A DNA stretch of 63,853 nucleotides, filler included, from Folioceros fuciformis (GCA_049999805.1; 24 parts of 24 records of this genome joined end to end with filler, not necessarily neighbours in it); one strand, 5' to 3'. Positions 24,077 through 37,480 are shown, counted from the first letter of the whole stretch. Notes: generated by a model from the letters alone, not told the origin. Translations and numbers: made by a program.

Positions 24077-24830
24077 TGATGAGAAGAAGAAGCTTACGGC
24101 CAACATTCCCTACCAACAAGCTGTTAGCTCCCTGATCTACCTTTCTGGTTGGACATGATTGGACATTACTCGTGCAGTGGGAGCTGTGAGTTAGTTCTTA
24201 GAGAACCCAGGCCCATCTCACTGGACTGTTGTCAAACTTATCTTTCTACACTTGAAAGGAACTCCCCGGTTAGGCTTGCATTTTTCAAAGTCCAAGGCTG
24301 GATTGGACCTTTCAGCTTATTGTGATGCGGATTGGGCGGGGGATCTTGATACCCGACGTAGTGTTGCTGCATACTGTACTTTCATAGGCACACCGATTGT
24401 TTCCTGGTCCAGCAAGAAACCATCCACTATATGTCTTTCCTTAACGGAAGCCGAGTATGCAGACATGACTCAAGCTTCCAAGGAAATTATATGGATACGC
24501 AACTTTCTTAAAAGGACTTCAACAACCTTAGGTAGAGCCCGCAACTTTCTTAAAGGACTTCAAAAACCTTAGGCAGAGCCCACTCCATTATTCTATGACA
24601 ACCAATTAGCCATTGCACTCTCAAGAAGTCCCGTGTTCCACGCAAGGTCCAAGCATATCGAAATCAGCCATCATTTTATTCGTCAAGCAGCAAATTCAGG
24701 AGAGGTAACAGTGTCATATGTTCCTACTACAAACAATGTCTCAAACCTTCTCACGAAGGGCCTGTAAAAACCATTATATGAAAAACACACTGCTTCTGCT
24801 GGTGTTTGTGAGATTCCTACCGTTGTTACT
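24077..24830 (+). mobile_element. Ty1/copia RT C-terminus and RNase H, degraded
   Basis: PYQQAVSSLIYL, AYCDADWAGDLDTRRS, SWSSKK, TEAEY, YDNQLAI, FHARSKHIE. Stops and a ~42-bp duplication at ~24499-24581. Confidence 0.92.
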
Positions 24831-25820
24831 GAGGGCACTGCCCATTAGCTAGATTTGCTCTTCTAGTCACCCAGTGGGAGCTTGTTGTGTTACTTGAGTG
24901 TCTTTACCAAGTCCTTTCTAGCCTCATCCGCCTTGGCAAACTCCTCTGTCAAAGCTACAAATCCACAGGGATAATAAGTCACTTCTTTTTCAAACAACAA
25001 ATCACAACACAACTTACAAATCAGCTACTTACTGCCGTATGTGACCCACACACTAGTTCTGGTCATATGTGGCTCAGGTTTCCTCACTTCCTCTTTTCCT
25101 ACTCTCTTTATGCTCTTAGCCGACCTAGCAGGCTTGTGTCCCCACTCTTTCTCTATGTAGACTTCGGCATCAAAATCCACTGGAAGGGAGATTTTCATGT
25201 AGGCCTACATCTCCTCAGGAGTAGGCATAAGAGCCACCCATGTTATGCCTCCCTTGTCCATTGTGTTCAATCTCTTTGTAGGTCATCTTGTGGAAGTCGG
25301 CTGCAGGCGCTGCGAACACCTTTCGAGGGACCCCCTTGTTGTCAAAGTTCTGAACTCTTCTCGCCATCTTCCCCTTCGAGCTGTCAATTGGCATAGAACC
25401 ACAACTTGGAGACTCAAAGGAGATTATGTTAGAGTCGAGACAATGCATTGCATGAAGGCAAGACTGTCTTTCAGAGAACTTCTTAACTGGAATCCAGATT
25501 CTATCAGAGCCCAAGCACTTCAAGCCTTGTGTTACGTCATCCATGGCCGACCACACAAGACGTCGATGAGCACACCTGCCTAGAGATGAAGATGTCAAGG
25601 GGCATAGGATAGCGAGGCAGAAGACTGTAATCACAAGAAATATCAGTTCCAAAGCACTCAAGGATGCCATAGCTCTAGTTATAGCGAGTGTTGGGGAGTC
25701 ATTGGGAAGCAGAACTGAAACATGAGTGCGAGTGTCACGTTATGCATGTTACCGCGCACTCATCATCAGTAATTTTACAGGCTTTAATTTCCTTTTTTCA
25801 GACTGAAACATGCTTCAACT

Positions 25821-26020
25821 AAGTGGGAGTATTAGAATAGCTAGAAACTGTTATGTTAAGTTAAGACACAACCATGAACGGTTGGTGTAGTTTTGCATTT
25901 CCAGTTCAGACGGTTTAATAACCGTTCATCCTTTTTTGTAGAAACATGTTCAGAGGACAATCTATCTACCTTTCCTTTTAATGAGGTGGGTTGAGGATCT
26001 TGAAAGCTCTAGGCATATCA
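25821..26020 (+). mobile_element. Putative polypurine tract and start of 3' LTR
   Basis: aagtgggag directly followed by tattagaa (TG>TA variant start). The LTR end is uncertain. Confidence 0.45.
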
Positions 26021-26123
26021 TCTCATCCTCTTGCAATAGTTAAAAGCTAAGAGAATAGCTATGGCAGGATCAACATGTGAGGGAGACAGAGCAACAAGAG
26101 CACCTGAGAAGCATACGAGAGTC

Positions 26124-26215
26124 AAGCACATGTATGAAAAAGAAAAGTTGTTGAAGCGCATGTATGAAAAAGAAAAGGTGTTCAAGCGCATGTATGAAAA
26201 AGAAAAGGTGTTCAA
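26124..26215. repeat. 30-bp tandem repeat x3
   Basis: agcgcatgtatgaaaaagaaaaggtgttca-like units. Confidence 0.85.
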
Positions 26216-27031
26216 TTAACGAGAGAAAGCAAATATGCATAATAATCACCTTGTCTTCCTTCACAACATAAGGATCGTAGATTACTAAGTATTCCATGTT
26301 TGTAAATGACTTGATGCTCTTCTCAATTTGCAAGATTAGTATGCTTGAAAGACTTGAGGCATGGACCTAGTGAATGTCATCTTGAGATAGGAAGACCCAT
26401 GGACCCCTAGAGCTCTTCTTGTAGTGGCTACACTTAACTATCTACCGCTTTGTACACTGGGTCTTATTCCCTCCATTGAGAGGAGTGCTTTATTCTATGT
26501 AGATGGACTACCCTTTAACTCGACTCTTTTAAGACTAGTAGCTACATCACTTGCGTTGCTCTCAAAATCATCCTAGAGTAAAACCCAACCCCAACAACTT
26601 GTACTGGCAAGTTAAGACCTACAACGCTAAATTTGTCAATAGCTAAGACATAAAGATCGTCTACACTTCTACAGCTTCATCATCCTCCTTACCTTAAGGC
26701 TCTATCACTTCCCAGCCTCTTTCTTCTTCAAATTTAGGACTCGTCCTCTAAGCTCTAACTTGGGCTTTCTTGTGACCTCCTACTTNNNNNNNNNNNNNNN
26801 NNNNNNNNNNNNNNNNNNNNNNNNNNNNNTTAATTAATTAANNNNNNNNNNNNNNNNNNNNNNNNNNNNNNNNNNNNNNNNNNNNATACACAGGTCGCCC
26901 GAGAGCTGGAGCCGGGGAACGAACGCTTGTAGCACCCCGTGTCCGCCAGGCTCACCCCCACTACGGCAACGCAATTCGCGTTCCAGCCGTCAGAGCGCTG
27001 AAATTTCACGATACGCGCGTCACTTCGCCAT

Positions 27032-30000
27032 CTACCGTCTACTCTTCTCTCGTTTCCTCTCCTCCACTCTTTTGCGCTTGGGAGCGACATCCGAGTCCCC
27101 GTCCGACGGGTTGTTGGGTGAAGGACGACGGTCCGACCACGATGCTTCCGCGGGTCGGGATTTGTGGTGACTTCGCCGACCTGGGGACATGCTGGACCGG
27201 GAACCCTGGCCGCGTTCCACCATTTCGTCGGGAGACTCGTCGCCTCCGTGCTGCTTGTTGTGCCTCTGAAAGCCACCACGGTTCGATTGGATAACAGTGA
27301 GTGAGTGCTGGAAATTGGAGAAGCTTACTCGGGCACAAGACTTGCCTGGCTCGACATCGGTGGCAGGCAAGTTACCTTGCTTGTCTTGGAATTGCCATTC
27401 GATTCCGCAGCATCATGAGCTTTCCCTTCCGGATAGGGATCCCTGTGGCAGCCAGATGGTGTGTTAGAACGGCTGTATTGTTCGTTTCCCCATGCCAACA
27501 ATGCACAGTCCCAGGCACGACAAGAGTAAAGTTGCGTCGTGTTTCCTTCCGACCTTTCGTGGTACCGTTCCATCCCCTCCATCTCTCTTATCCTTCGCAT
27601 TTCTGCCTGCCTGGCTTCGAACTGTTCCCTGCTCATAATGCTGCCATCGTGTCGCGCCGTGGGCGGGTTGGGTTCCACGTAGTCCCTGCACGAGCAAAAT
27701 CCGACGTGAGCAATTTTCTTCCACCATTCGCGTACGCCCCGGCCATGCTGCTGCACCAAGCTTTTGTTCAGACATCCACTCACCTTGGATACGAATTCAT
27801 GAACCCATCCCCCTCGTAGGGCTCGTGCCCCATGGCTCCGTGAAAAGGCATCATTTCAGGACCTCCGGCGTAACCACAATAGGGACCCTGGAATGCATTA
27901 CCGTAGCCTTGATACATCATTTGCTGTTGGGACATCCCCCCCCAATGCATGGGAAAATCTGAAATCCAGTATTATGTCAGAAAGCAATCTTACCCCTGGG
28001 ACGCAAATTCGACCTGGAAACCCTACAATAGAACAGAGAGGGCATGAAATTTCCAGACCTGGGTGTGGGGGATAATTGTTGTATGGCACTGGTCCCATCA
28101 TGTGATTCATAGGACAAGCCCATGCTGGATGGTCATACGCCCCGCACTGCAAGCAATACCTTTCCTCCTGCACACACCAACCATTATCAGGAATGGAGGA
28201 GAAACGTACCCATCCAACTTCAAGACAACATCGTGACAACCGGCCAATCGAAGGTTCCAACCCACAATATCAACATACCAGCATGTTGTAACTATGGCAT
28301 GGCCCGCCCATCTCTTCGTCATATCCATTTTCTGCACATCCATTCAGTACCTTCAGAAACTGACAACCCCGAGACTGACCACCACCGAAAACCTCGACTC
28401 ATTTCATCCCAACCAGTATAAAACCAATCTCATGACGTCAACTTACCACCCCTGTAAGGAGGAAAGCCCTGCTGCTCTCCTCCCATAGGTAACTGACGCT
28501 TGCGCTTCATCTTGTTCTTAGCCACTGCACATGGAAGGACGTCATGCGAGACCACAATTCACCATATCCCCTTACAATTCAGCACGTTCTGGAACCCTTC
28601 ACAAATAAGAGTAACGTCTTCTCTACATACCTTTCGCTTGACCTCGCGCGGCATCTGTACCAGATGTCAAACCAGCAGCAGCTTTCTGTCGGCGCTGTTG
28701 GACCTCCTCCTCAACCTTAGCGACTTCCTGTGGGCTGACTCCGTCATCTTGGACGTTAGGTTCCCTTGTGGTCACTTGGGACTCTGGCGTACCATCCGCA
28801 TTCTCCACTCCGGAGTTACTTTCCTGCAACTGATTCTTGGATCCCCCTAACTTTTCCTTCGTGTTCGGGGACGGAAAATCCGCTTGAGGCTCCCTCAAGG
28901 ATGCAGACACTGAGGGAGACACTGCCTTGGCCCGTGGAAGAGGGGCTGACTCCATATCTGTCGAAAGAGCCGAACATGGTGAGAAACTCGACTGTGAAAC
29001 AACAACACCAGCCACGCAACAATGTGCTGCCTATAGAAAGCCAATCTGCCCTCCGTTCAAATGCAAACCTTGGACTTGGAGCCTGCTCCCAGCGTTATTG
29101 CCACTACTTGTCGTCATTGTGGTTTGCACTTGAGATTCAAGAAAGTGGTCGATTGCCTCCCGTAGGGTCATGTTAGGCAGCAGGTCATCCGCCAACACAT
29201 TCGATGCCCCACAAACACATTTCCCCTTGGTAATGATCTCCTGCCTAATGCCTGCAAAACAAGAAGCACAAGGGGGCCTCACAACGAAGTTCGTACAGCC
29301 AAATCATGACATGAAACGCGATGTAATCCACACAAAGGACGTACATTTATCGCAAAAGCTCTTGAAACAACATTTGCTGGTCAATACAGCCTCCTTCAAC
29401 ACTCCTCTACACAATGGGCAGCGGAGTTCTGGAGGAATATTTTCGAGCATTGCCCGTTTAGAGAGCAACCCAGTTACCTCCTTCTCAAAAATGGCTCTGT
29501 TGGAAAAACAGCAAATAATCAGCAAGCGGCAAGACGTCTGACGGTTGATGATATCAAAAGAGTGTTTAACCGGTAGTAACAACACAGGTACATAGTAGCC
29601 TACTCATTTGGCTTCAACACAGCCACCTCCCCTGTTGGCAAAGCGTAGGACCCATCAGGGTTGGCAACCAGCATCGTCTTTGGAATGCCAGTAGGTGGTT
29701 TCACTTTCTTCATGTCATATGCTGGGTCGCCATTGGTCGGGCAATGCTGAATGTAATGCCCTGCAAGAAACTAATGTTGTCAGCGGAAAGCTGTAGGTGG
29801 CAGCCAGAGAGCTTGAAAATTCCCGGACAACATGCAAACGAGCCATGGTTGCCACCCAAGGTACAAACCTGTAATGCCACACCGATGGCATACATAGCCA
29901 TGGGGCGGAGTTTTCTTCTCAAACATTCGACCAGCTGCATGCACAACAGGCCAGGACACGGTGTGAGAACCAATAGAATTCCGAGAAATGCAGTTCGTAA

Positions 30001-31084
30001 AGATGTGTCAAATGCTAAGGCCTGCTTACCATTATTTCCCCTTGCGCCATGGCCCCTGACTTGGCCCCTTCCGAAGCCCCTACCAGTGGCAAAACTCTCT
30101 TGTGTTTGCCTGCACATCAATACACCAGATCATTGCTAGTGAGATACCATACGCCCTGCACATTGGCGTGAGAGCGTTAGCCATCCATACCAACCCAGGC
30201 TAACCCAACTAATCTGACTCCTCCCCTGTGAGAAGGGCTTACTTCTGCCACTCAGACGCTGTCGAATCCACAAAAGCTTTGATTCTATTCGCTTCATCGT
30301 CTTGAATTGCAGACTGCTGCTGGACTTGAGGAGCTTGGGGCTGTGGTGCAAACAGGTCCACACCGAAGTCGTCGATGTCATTGGACTCATCCGGCTGCAG
30401 GGCACAAATGCATATCACGGGGATCAGCTGGAATGAAGCAGACTCGTTTCACCACAGTGTGCAGCAACACAGTACCCAAATTGTAGGCCTACCATGTGTT
30501 TGTATGAAGGCCCAGGAGCTCCAACCCTGTTCTTCACCGGAGAGACATGATCCGGATCACCTCCAGAAGGCTTGCTGCAAATACGGGTAACCTCTATATG
30601 TTAGAGGAGGAGGAGGAGGAAGAGAAGGAGGCTGGGACAGAGATACTACTGTCATGCTGCAAAATGAAAATACGAAAGTGAAGCAGAAGAAGAGGGGCAG
30701 AAGAGAGTGTGTACTCTTGCTTGACTTCTGTTACAACGGGAGCCCGATGTCTGGCAGGCACCCTACGCACTAAGACAGAGGTGTTTCTGGGCACCAAGTG
30801 ACCTTCATCCGTATACTCTGGAAATGAAACAGGCAGACAAGAAAAATTATAAACCTACTGCTGCAGTGAATGAGGGGAGGCAGATCCATCAAAATCCTGC
30901 AAAATCGACAGAGCCCACCTTCATTCGTTTGGGCGTTGGATATGAGAATATCAATATTAGGTACTCTAGACAACTTCGTCTGCTCAAAAATTTTTTCTTT
31001 TAAATTTGCAACAGAGATAAAATGCCCCTCAAATGAGACAGTATCATAATCCTTAGCACTTTTAAATTTGTAATAGACAGCCAT
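27032..31084 (-). CDS. RBBP6: DWNN/RBBP6 (Mpe1/PQT3-like) E3 ubiquitin ligase, multi-exon
   Basis: Exon 30919-31084 MAVYYKFKSAKDYD...NAQTNE and exon 30715-30817 EYTDEGHLVPRNTSVLVRRVP (DWNN). Knuckle GYVCHRCGITG|HYIQHCPTNGD. RING-like LRCPLCRGVLKEAVLTSKCCFKSFCDKC|IR...CVCG. MSREQFEARQAEM motif. The last exon and stop at 27032 are less certain. Confidence 0.9.
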
Positions 31085-32684
31085 CTGCTGCGCAGATTTA
31101 TAAAGATGTCCACGGCAGTAGGCACAACAACAGACAGATTCCTTTAGAGCTCCTACTACCCTGTCTCTAACTGGACCTACACCATGCGCTTCCCGCTCCT
31201 GAAAAATCCCAGAGAATAAGAAGCAAGGCCGATCCAATGTCCAATAACCTTAAATCCAGATGTACACGGACACCAGCCGATCCTCGACCGATCAGCACAA
31301 GGAATCAAGAGCACACAAAGCAGCGGCGGCGAGTCCGCACCCAGGAAGCAGAATTGCCGCAAGCAAACCTCCGAGGCTAGGGCAGCGAGCCGAACCCTGG
31401 CGCAGAGTCACAGAGAGGCAGGACGGGAGAGATGACCAGGAAGAGCAGCCACGGCGTCAGTAAGATTGAGCTGCGACACAACAGGCCGGAGTAGCACCGG
31501 AACTCGAATCATTCAGCTTTCCCCGGGCCCCAGCCCGCCACAAAGTACATACAACCTTCCCGGCTGGGATGCGGCCTCTCCTCCCTGTCCTGGCCTGTGC
31601 TCATCCGCCTGCCGAGCCGACGCTCACGTCCGGATTCAGATCCACCGCCCCGGGCAGAGCTGCAGCGCACAGGGACGCGAGAGCGGAAACGCGGTAGGTG
31701 AAAGAACCCTAGAGAGTGTCGCCAACCCGGACGAAGAAGTAGAGGTGGCTCGCCGGCTGGAGAGAGAGGAAGCGCCCGCGAAGGAGATGGCCTCTCGCGC
31801 AAGTCGAGGTATGGTCGACACACGCTCTAAACTTCATCCCTATGTCTAGGAGCTACTACTTTGTACAAGGACGGGACGGTCGGGTGCGCCCACACATNNN
31901 NNNNNNNNNNNNNNNNNNNNNNNNNNNNNNNNNNNNNNNNNTTAATTAATTAANNNNNNNNNNNNNNNNNNNNNNNNNNNNNNNNNNNNNNNNNNNNTAG
32001 TTAGAGAACTGGAGCAAATTCTTGAGAAAGAGAGGGGACCTCATCCTGAAGGCACAACGACTGTGACTTTGGGAAGTGAATTGTTCTCGTAACTCTGGTT
32101 GCAGAAGGTGACATGGAGCAGGAATGTCCAACCATTCTTTTGTCGGTCCATTGCGACCGATTCAACCTAGTTTGTGAAAAGGTGCTCCTTCCCTCATGCC
32201 ATATCCATTGTTATGACGGTGAGGTTAATAAGAGGGGATTTTGTGCTTTCGATGATTCCCGCTGCTGGCAGTCTATCTGGAGAGCGTAACTCCTGGATGA
32301 TTGTCTTCTGGCTAGCGACAAAAATCATGGACAAAGATAGGTGCACTAGCTACATCTTAACCGGGAATCCAGAACATTACGGACGACCAGTTCCCTAGAA
32401 AGTTGGTGAGCTCCTGCGACATGTACATAATTGTGCTAAAAAAAGACAGGCTACCCAAGTTTGTCTGAGTCCAGGACACGCGAGACCGAGAACAGGATGC
32501 ATACAGAATGGGCCCTGGATGTGTATTCTATTGCAGATCCTCGGACTTTTCCACAACTAACTGATTGGAAAGCATCCTGAGCCAATATCTTTGAATGGCA
32601 TATGCTTTCCTTGCTTGCCAGACAACAGTGACACGCTGGCCGTGCGCTTGAGGAAGCTATCCCAGTGCAATATTAGACCAACTT

Positions 32685-34989
32685 TTACTTTTTCTTAGAC
32701 AAAGAAGGAAGATATGCCAAGTGACGCATGGTGGGCCTGCCATGTGGGCAGTTCCAGGGTGAATCCAAATCTGACAAGTGGGCAAGAATTCTTTCCATCT
32801 CCCTCTTGCTCAAGGCGTCACCTATCATGATGGATGACCGACAAGCACGAGAAGCCAGCATCCCTCGTACCCTTGAAGGCCGAATGCCAACATTTCTGCA
32901 TTTCCGTAGTGTGCTGGCCTGCTGACAATTCTGGGACGGACCTGATTCCGGATCGTCACCTGGGACGGGTTCATCAGCCAAGAGAGAAACCAGCTCCTGC
33001 ACGTCACTCACACCGAAGGAGACATTTTTGCTGAAGGGGATAGCAGAAAGACGTAGCCGCTGTCCAGGAAGTGCATCGCCGTCCCGGATGAATTCAAACC
33101 CGTTTTCCTTGAAAATATCCATGTGTGTGGACACGATCACCTCCTCCACAGCTGACAGCTCCACTGCCATCGGTTGGAGAAGCGGCTGACGATTTAGGAC
33201 GGTGGTCTTGACGAGTCTCTCGTAATTGAACTTTTCATCCGAGGCATGCTGATCAATAATGTAGATGTCATCATCCAGCTTGGCCAAGATAAATCCCAGA
33301 TTAAACTGCCCAAGAACCTTCATCTGCTTGAAGTCAGCCTTGTTGAATGTTCGTTCCAACTCTGTTGCAGCGGCTGCGAGCTGGAGCTCCTTCGCAGCAC
33401 CCTCTTTGGGTTCACCATCTGAAGCCAATGTTGCAGCTTTGAAGCACTTGCTCGTGGATGTTTTTCCCCTGGCATACTGTTGGCGGAACAAACCCAACCT
33501 GCTCTTCATCTGAAACTTGGAGAAGCTGAATTGGACTGTGAGGACCTCATCACTTCCTCGCTCAGTATCAACAGTGGACGCTCCAGAAATGCCAGCCTCT
33601 AAACACCGAGCTTCTGCCGACAGAAAGGGGTCCGTGCAAGGTGCCCTGTTGTAGGCACTCTGTCCACAAGTGCCCTCATCAGTTGCCAGGCCGTCATCCT
33701 TCAAAGAGTGAGTGCTGTTCTCCTCTCTGTCAGCGCAGCAGGGAACGCAATTTCCGCCTTCTACTGCGTCACCATCCATACCTGGGAACGCATCTTGGTC
33801 TCTCTCCTCGGACAACCCGTCGGAGGTAGTAGCTACATCACCTTGTTTGGACATGTCTGCAGCTGACGTGCGTTTTCGCACAGGCTCCTCGCTGAGGAAG
33901 TCATCATGCTCGTGTGGCCGTTTGGTGCGGGCCACAAACCCTGAGAGACTTGACTGGACAACCTTGGTAGCTTGGGGGACAAGACAAGCCAGCTTGAAGC
34001 CAGTGGCGGGAGTGCCTGCCTCACTGCATTTGTGAAGCCCCTTGCTAGCTTCCGAGACTCGTTTGGACGTCACATGAGACGAAAACGAATCCAAGGACTG
34101 CTTACTTACAGGAACGGACTTGGCCTTTGTGAATCTGAAGTTACCAGCCTGCTGCAGAAAGAAGTCCCTCCTTTTCTCATCTTCGCTGTCCTCAGATTCA
34201 TCATCTGCACCTTTCAGAGCATGGGCCTGCAGCACAACGCTAGGACACTCAGTTCCTGGCGGAGTGTTTTCCGTCTGCCCCTTATCATCACTAGCCCGCA
34301 GAGAGGAAACCTTGCTTGCAGCCTTTCCATCAGCAGTATTGTGAACCATGTAAGTATGCTCATCGGCAGAGTACACGGCTTCTAGCTGCAGTCTCAGAGC
34401 ACTAAGAAGAGAACTCTCGGCATGAAGAAACACCTTCCGCTTGTCAGGTGTCACATTCACATCATAGCCACTGGTGGGCAGAATGAAATTCAACACTGCC
34501 ATAGGTGGCCGCTGCGAATTGAAGGACTTGTACAGCTCATTCAGCAGCTTGCTGAACTTGGGCATGTCAACAGGTCTGCCATTTATGTAGAACAACTGAC
34601 AGGCCCTACCAGAGCTATACCCCGGCTTCGACACAAAGCCCTCTACACTGCACTCCTGGTCTAAGACCGGAATGTTCAAGGGCGTCAGGCAGGCCGCTGT
34701 CTTGGTGCCAAACACCGTGGCAAAGTTTTCCCTCACGGACTGGCTACCGTATGTCTGCATGACACTGTGCCTACCATTCTTCCCGGTCTGGTTGGTGCAG
34801 ATCAACCGAACCCCCTTCGCGATGACAGCATACGCTTGCAACACCGACAAAAGCCGGGCATGCTCCCGCTTGATGTTCCGCGTAAAATCCTTGTGCCGCA
34901 CAGGCAGCGTGGAAAACAGATTCCCGGCTGCCACCGTGGTACCAGTCGCTCGGGCCACACTCTCCTGCCACCACCCCACAACATGAGCC
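32685..34989 (-). CDS. PMS1: DNA mismatch repair MutL homolog PMS1/PMS2, 5'-truncated, uninterrupted ORF
   Basis: GTTV..NLFSTLPVR, INGRPVD, YDVNVTPDKR, GQFNLGFI, endonuclease motifs DQHASDEKFNYE, ACR and WNCPHGRPTMRHL. Confidence 0.95.
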
Positions 34990-35089
34990 NNNNNNNNNNN
35001 NNNNNNNNNNNNNNNNNNNNNNNNNNNNNNNNNTTAATTAATTAANNNNNNNNNNNNNNNNNNNNNNNNNNNNNNNNNNNNNNNNNNNN

Positions 35090-36241
35090 ATGGCGGCGGA
35101 CCCGGCGTTGCAGGTCGGGGGGAGGGGTGCGCAGTGGGAGAGCTCCTGTGCTACGCTTACCGGGCAGTGGGCGACGTTGGCGGAGACGGAGGCTAGTCCT
35201 GAGGAAACGCTGCGGGTGGTTGCTACCAGCAGCGGAAGCGGTAGCGGGATCGAGAGCGGCAGTGCGGGCGCGAACGGCGTGGCTAGCGCCGGGGCTATGG
35301 AGGGGAGCAGGGACCTGGTCACCCTGCCCAAGCCGCTCACTCTGGTGGAGAAGAACGTGCTGCACGGGGACCGCATCCGGGTGGCGTACCAGGGCGTGCC
35401 GGGGGCGTACAGCGAGGCCGCGGCTGCCAAGGCGTACCCCTGCTCCGAGTCCGTGCCCTGCGAGCAGTTCGAAGCGGCCTTCCAGGCCGTGGAGCTGTGG
35501 CTGGTGGACCGGGCCGTGTTGCCCATCGAGAACTCCATCGGCGGGAGTATTCACCGGAACTACGACCTGCTGCTGCGTCACCGGTTGCACATCGTCGGGG
35601 AGGTGCAGCTGGGCGTGCACCACTGCCTGCTCGGGATGCCGGGAGTGAAGAAGGAGGAGCTACGGCGGGTGGTGAGCCACCCGCAGGCGCTGGCGCAGTG
35701 CGAGCACAGCCTGGCCAAGCTCGGGGTGGTGCGCGAGGCGTTCGACGACACCGCCGGGGCCGCGCAGTTCGTCATGGAGAACAAGATGCGGGACACGGGC
35801 GCCGTGGCCAGCTCCCGGGCTGCGGCCATCTACGGGCTGGAGATTCTGGCCGACGGAATCCAGGACGACAGCGGGAATGTCACGCGTTTCTTGATGCTGG
35901 CACGGGAGCCCATCATTCCCAGAAACGACCGCCCCTTCAAGACCAGCGTCGTCTTCACGCTGGAGGAAGGCCCCGGGGTGTTGTTTAAGGCGCTCTCCTG
36001 TTTTGCTCTCCGAGGTATCAACCTCACCAAGATCGAGAGCAGGCCGCAAAGGAATCGCCCTCTGCGCGTCGTGGATGACAGCAACAACGGCACCGCTAAG
36101 TGCTTTGATTATCTCTTCTACGTTGATTTTGAGGCTTCCATGGCTGATCCCCGCTCGCAGAATGCCCTCGGGCAGTTGCAAGAGTTTGCCACTTTCCTGA
36201 GGGTGTTGGGCAGCTACCCCCAGGACACTTCTCCCGTATGA
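35090..36241 (+). CDS. ADT: Arogenate/prephenate dehydratase, single exon (the transit peptide may be cut by the contig edge)
   Basis: [74 protein letters not shown]. Confidence 0.96.
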   Translation: MAADPALQVGGRGAQWESSCATLTGQWATLAETEASPEETLRVVATSSGSGSGIESGSAGANGVASAGAMEGSRDLVTLPKPLTLVEKNVLHGDRIRVAYQGVPGAYSEAAAAKAYPCSESVPCEQFEAAFQAVELWLVDRAVLPIENSIGGSIHRNYDLLLRHRLHIVGEVQLGVHHCLLGMPGVKKEELRRVVSHPQALAQCEHSLAKLGVVREAFDDTAGAAQFVMENKMRDTGAVASSRAAAIYGLEILADGIQDDSGNVTRFLMLAREPIIPRNDRPFKTSVVFTLEEGPGVLFKALSCFALRGINLTKIESRPQRNRPLRVVDDSNNGTAKCFDYLFYVDFEASMADPRSQNALGQLQEFATFLRVLGSYPQDTSPV

Positions 36242-37215
36242 CCATCCTCCCTCAATTCTCTCCTCTCTTTCCATGGCACGCTTGTGCATCTCGGTTTCCC
36301 ACTACGCTGTCCTTGGTTGCTTGCCTTTTTGTTTCAGTTTTCTTTCTCGATCTTGCATCAGCGGGGACGAGATGGCGCAGACTCACTGTAGATTCACCAC
36401 CACCAATAGATTGTAAATACCTAACAAACTTTGTTTACCCCGTCGGGAGTGCCTTCCCGCCTTGAATGCACACAGAGTGGGGATATATCATATATCAAGC
36501 TTCCTCCTCTTGGTCACCATTTCTGCCAATACTCACAGGAAGGAAAATAATGCCTCTCCTTCTCATCCCCTTTTGTTTGTACCAATTTTCGTTTATGTGG
36601 CACGGGAGTGGTTCTACTTTCTCCCAACGTGGCGACATTCCCTGTTATGGATCCAGCCTGTGATTTCGAGCCACGCTGGAAGGCGTGCTGAAAAGGCTGT
36701 GCTAGGTGTACATGTGGAGACTCCTTTTATGGTGCCCTGCAAATGTGGAAGCTGGTTGTGTCTAAGGCAGGGGCTGGAAGTTTCGTCTCATTTCGGTATG
36801 GACCTCTCACTGACATGTGCCTTATGCTTTGATTTTTGTGTCTGCTGTTGCCATTGTTGGGGCCCACCGTTTGGTACGCTTCAGCCAAGATGCAGACAAG
36901 CTTGCCTTAGGGCTTGCAAGCCCTTCACAGTTTGCTCGTGTGTATTTCGAATGTACTGTCCAGCTGTGTGGTTGCTTGATAGGCTGTTGCTGGCTGTCCT
37001 TTCCCGGTTACGCCGTGTGTTTGTGGTTCACAAATCCTGTGGCCTTCATGTTTTCCCAATATTGTGACGAGAGTCCATGATAAACCGTGTCCCCAATTGG
37101 TCACTACCTTCACTCTTTGGTCAGCCTTTAACACTTAACCACCTCTGCTTTGAGACAATACCTGGTTCATTTTATCTCTAGTACCAAAGATTCACATACC
37201 TGCTGACAGAACTGG

Positions 37216-37390
37216 AAGCCAATGACGAACATAGGAGCCACATAGCAGTATATAGGACGACGTGTGAACCAATGATAAACTTGGAGCCAGATAGCAGAAT
37301 ACAGGACGACGTATGAACCAATGATAAACTTGGAGCCAGATAGCAGAATACAGGACGACGTATGAACCAATGATAAACTTGGAGCCTCAT
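37216..37390. repeat. 49-bp tandem repeat (~3.5 copies)
   Basis: tgaaccaatgataaacttggagccagatagcagaatacaggacgacgta at 37265 and 37314, partial at 37363, and a degenerate copy before them. Confidence 0.88.
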
Positions 37391-37480
37391 TATAGAATAC
37401 GAAGTAGAACCCGATCAAAAACTTGAAGCCCCTTGGCAAATATGAGTTACAAGCAATCTGCTGGACAGGGGACATTCCAC

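Noticed and set aside
35038..36289. Long antisense and alternate-frame ORFs over ADT (likewise over PGRL1 and PMS1)
   Set aside because: Shadow ORFs caused by high GC3 codon usage.
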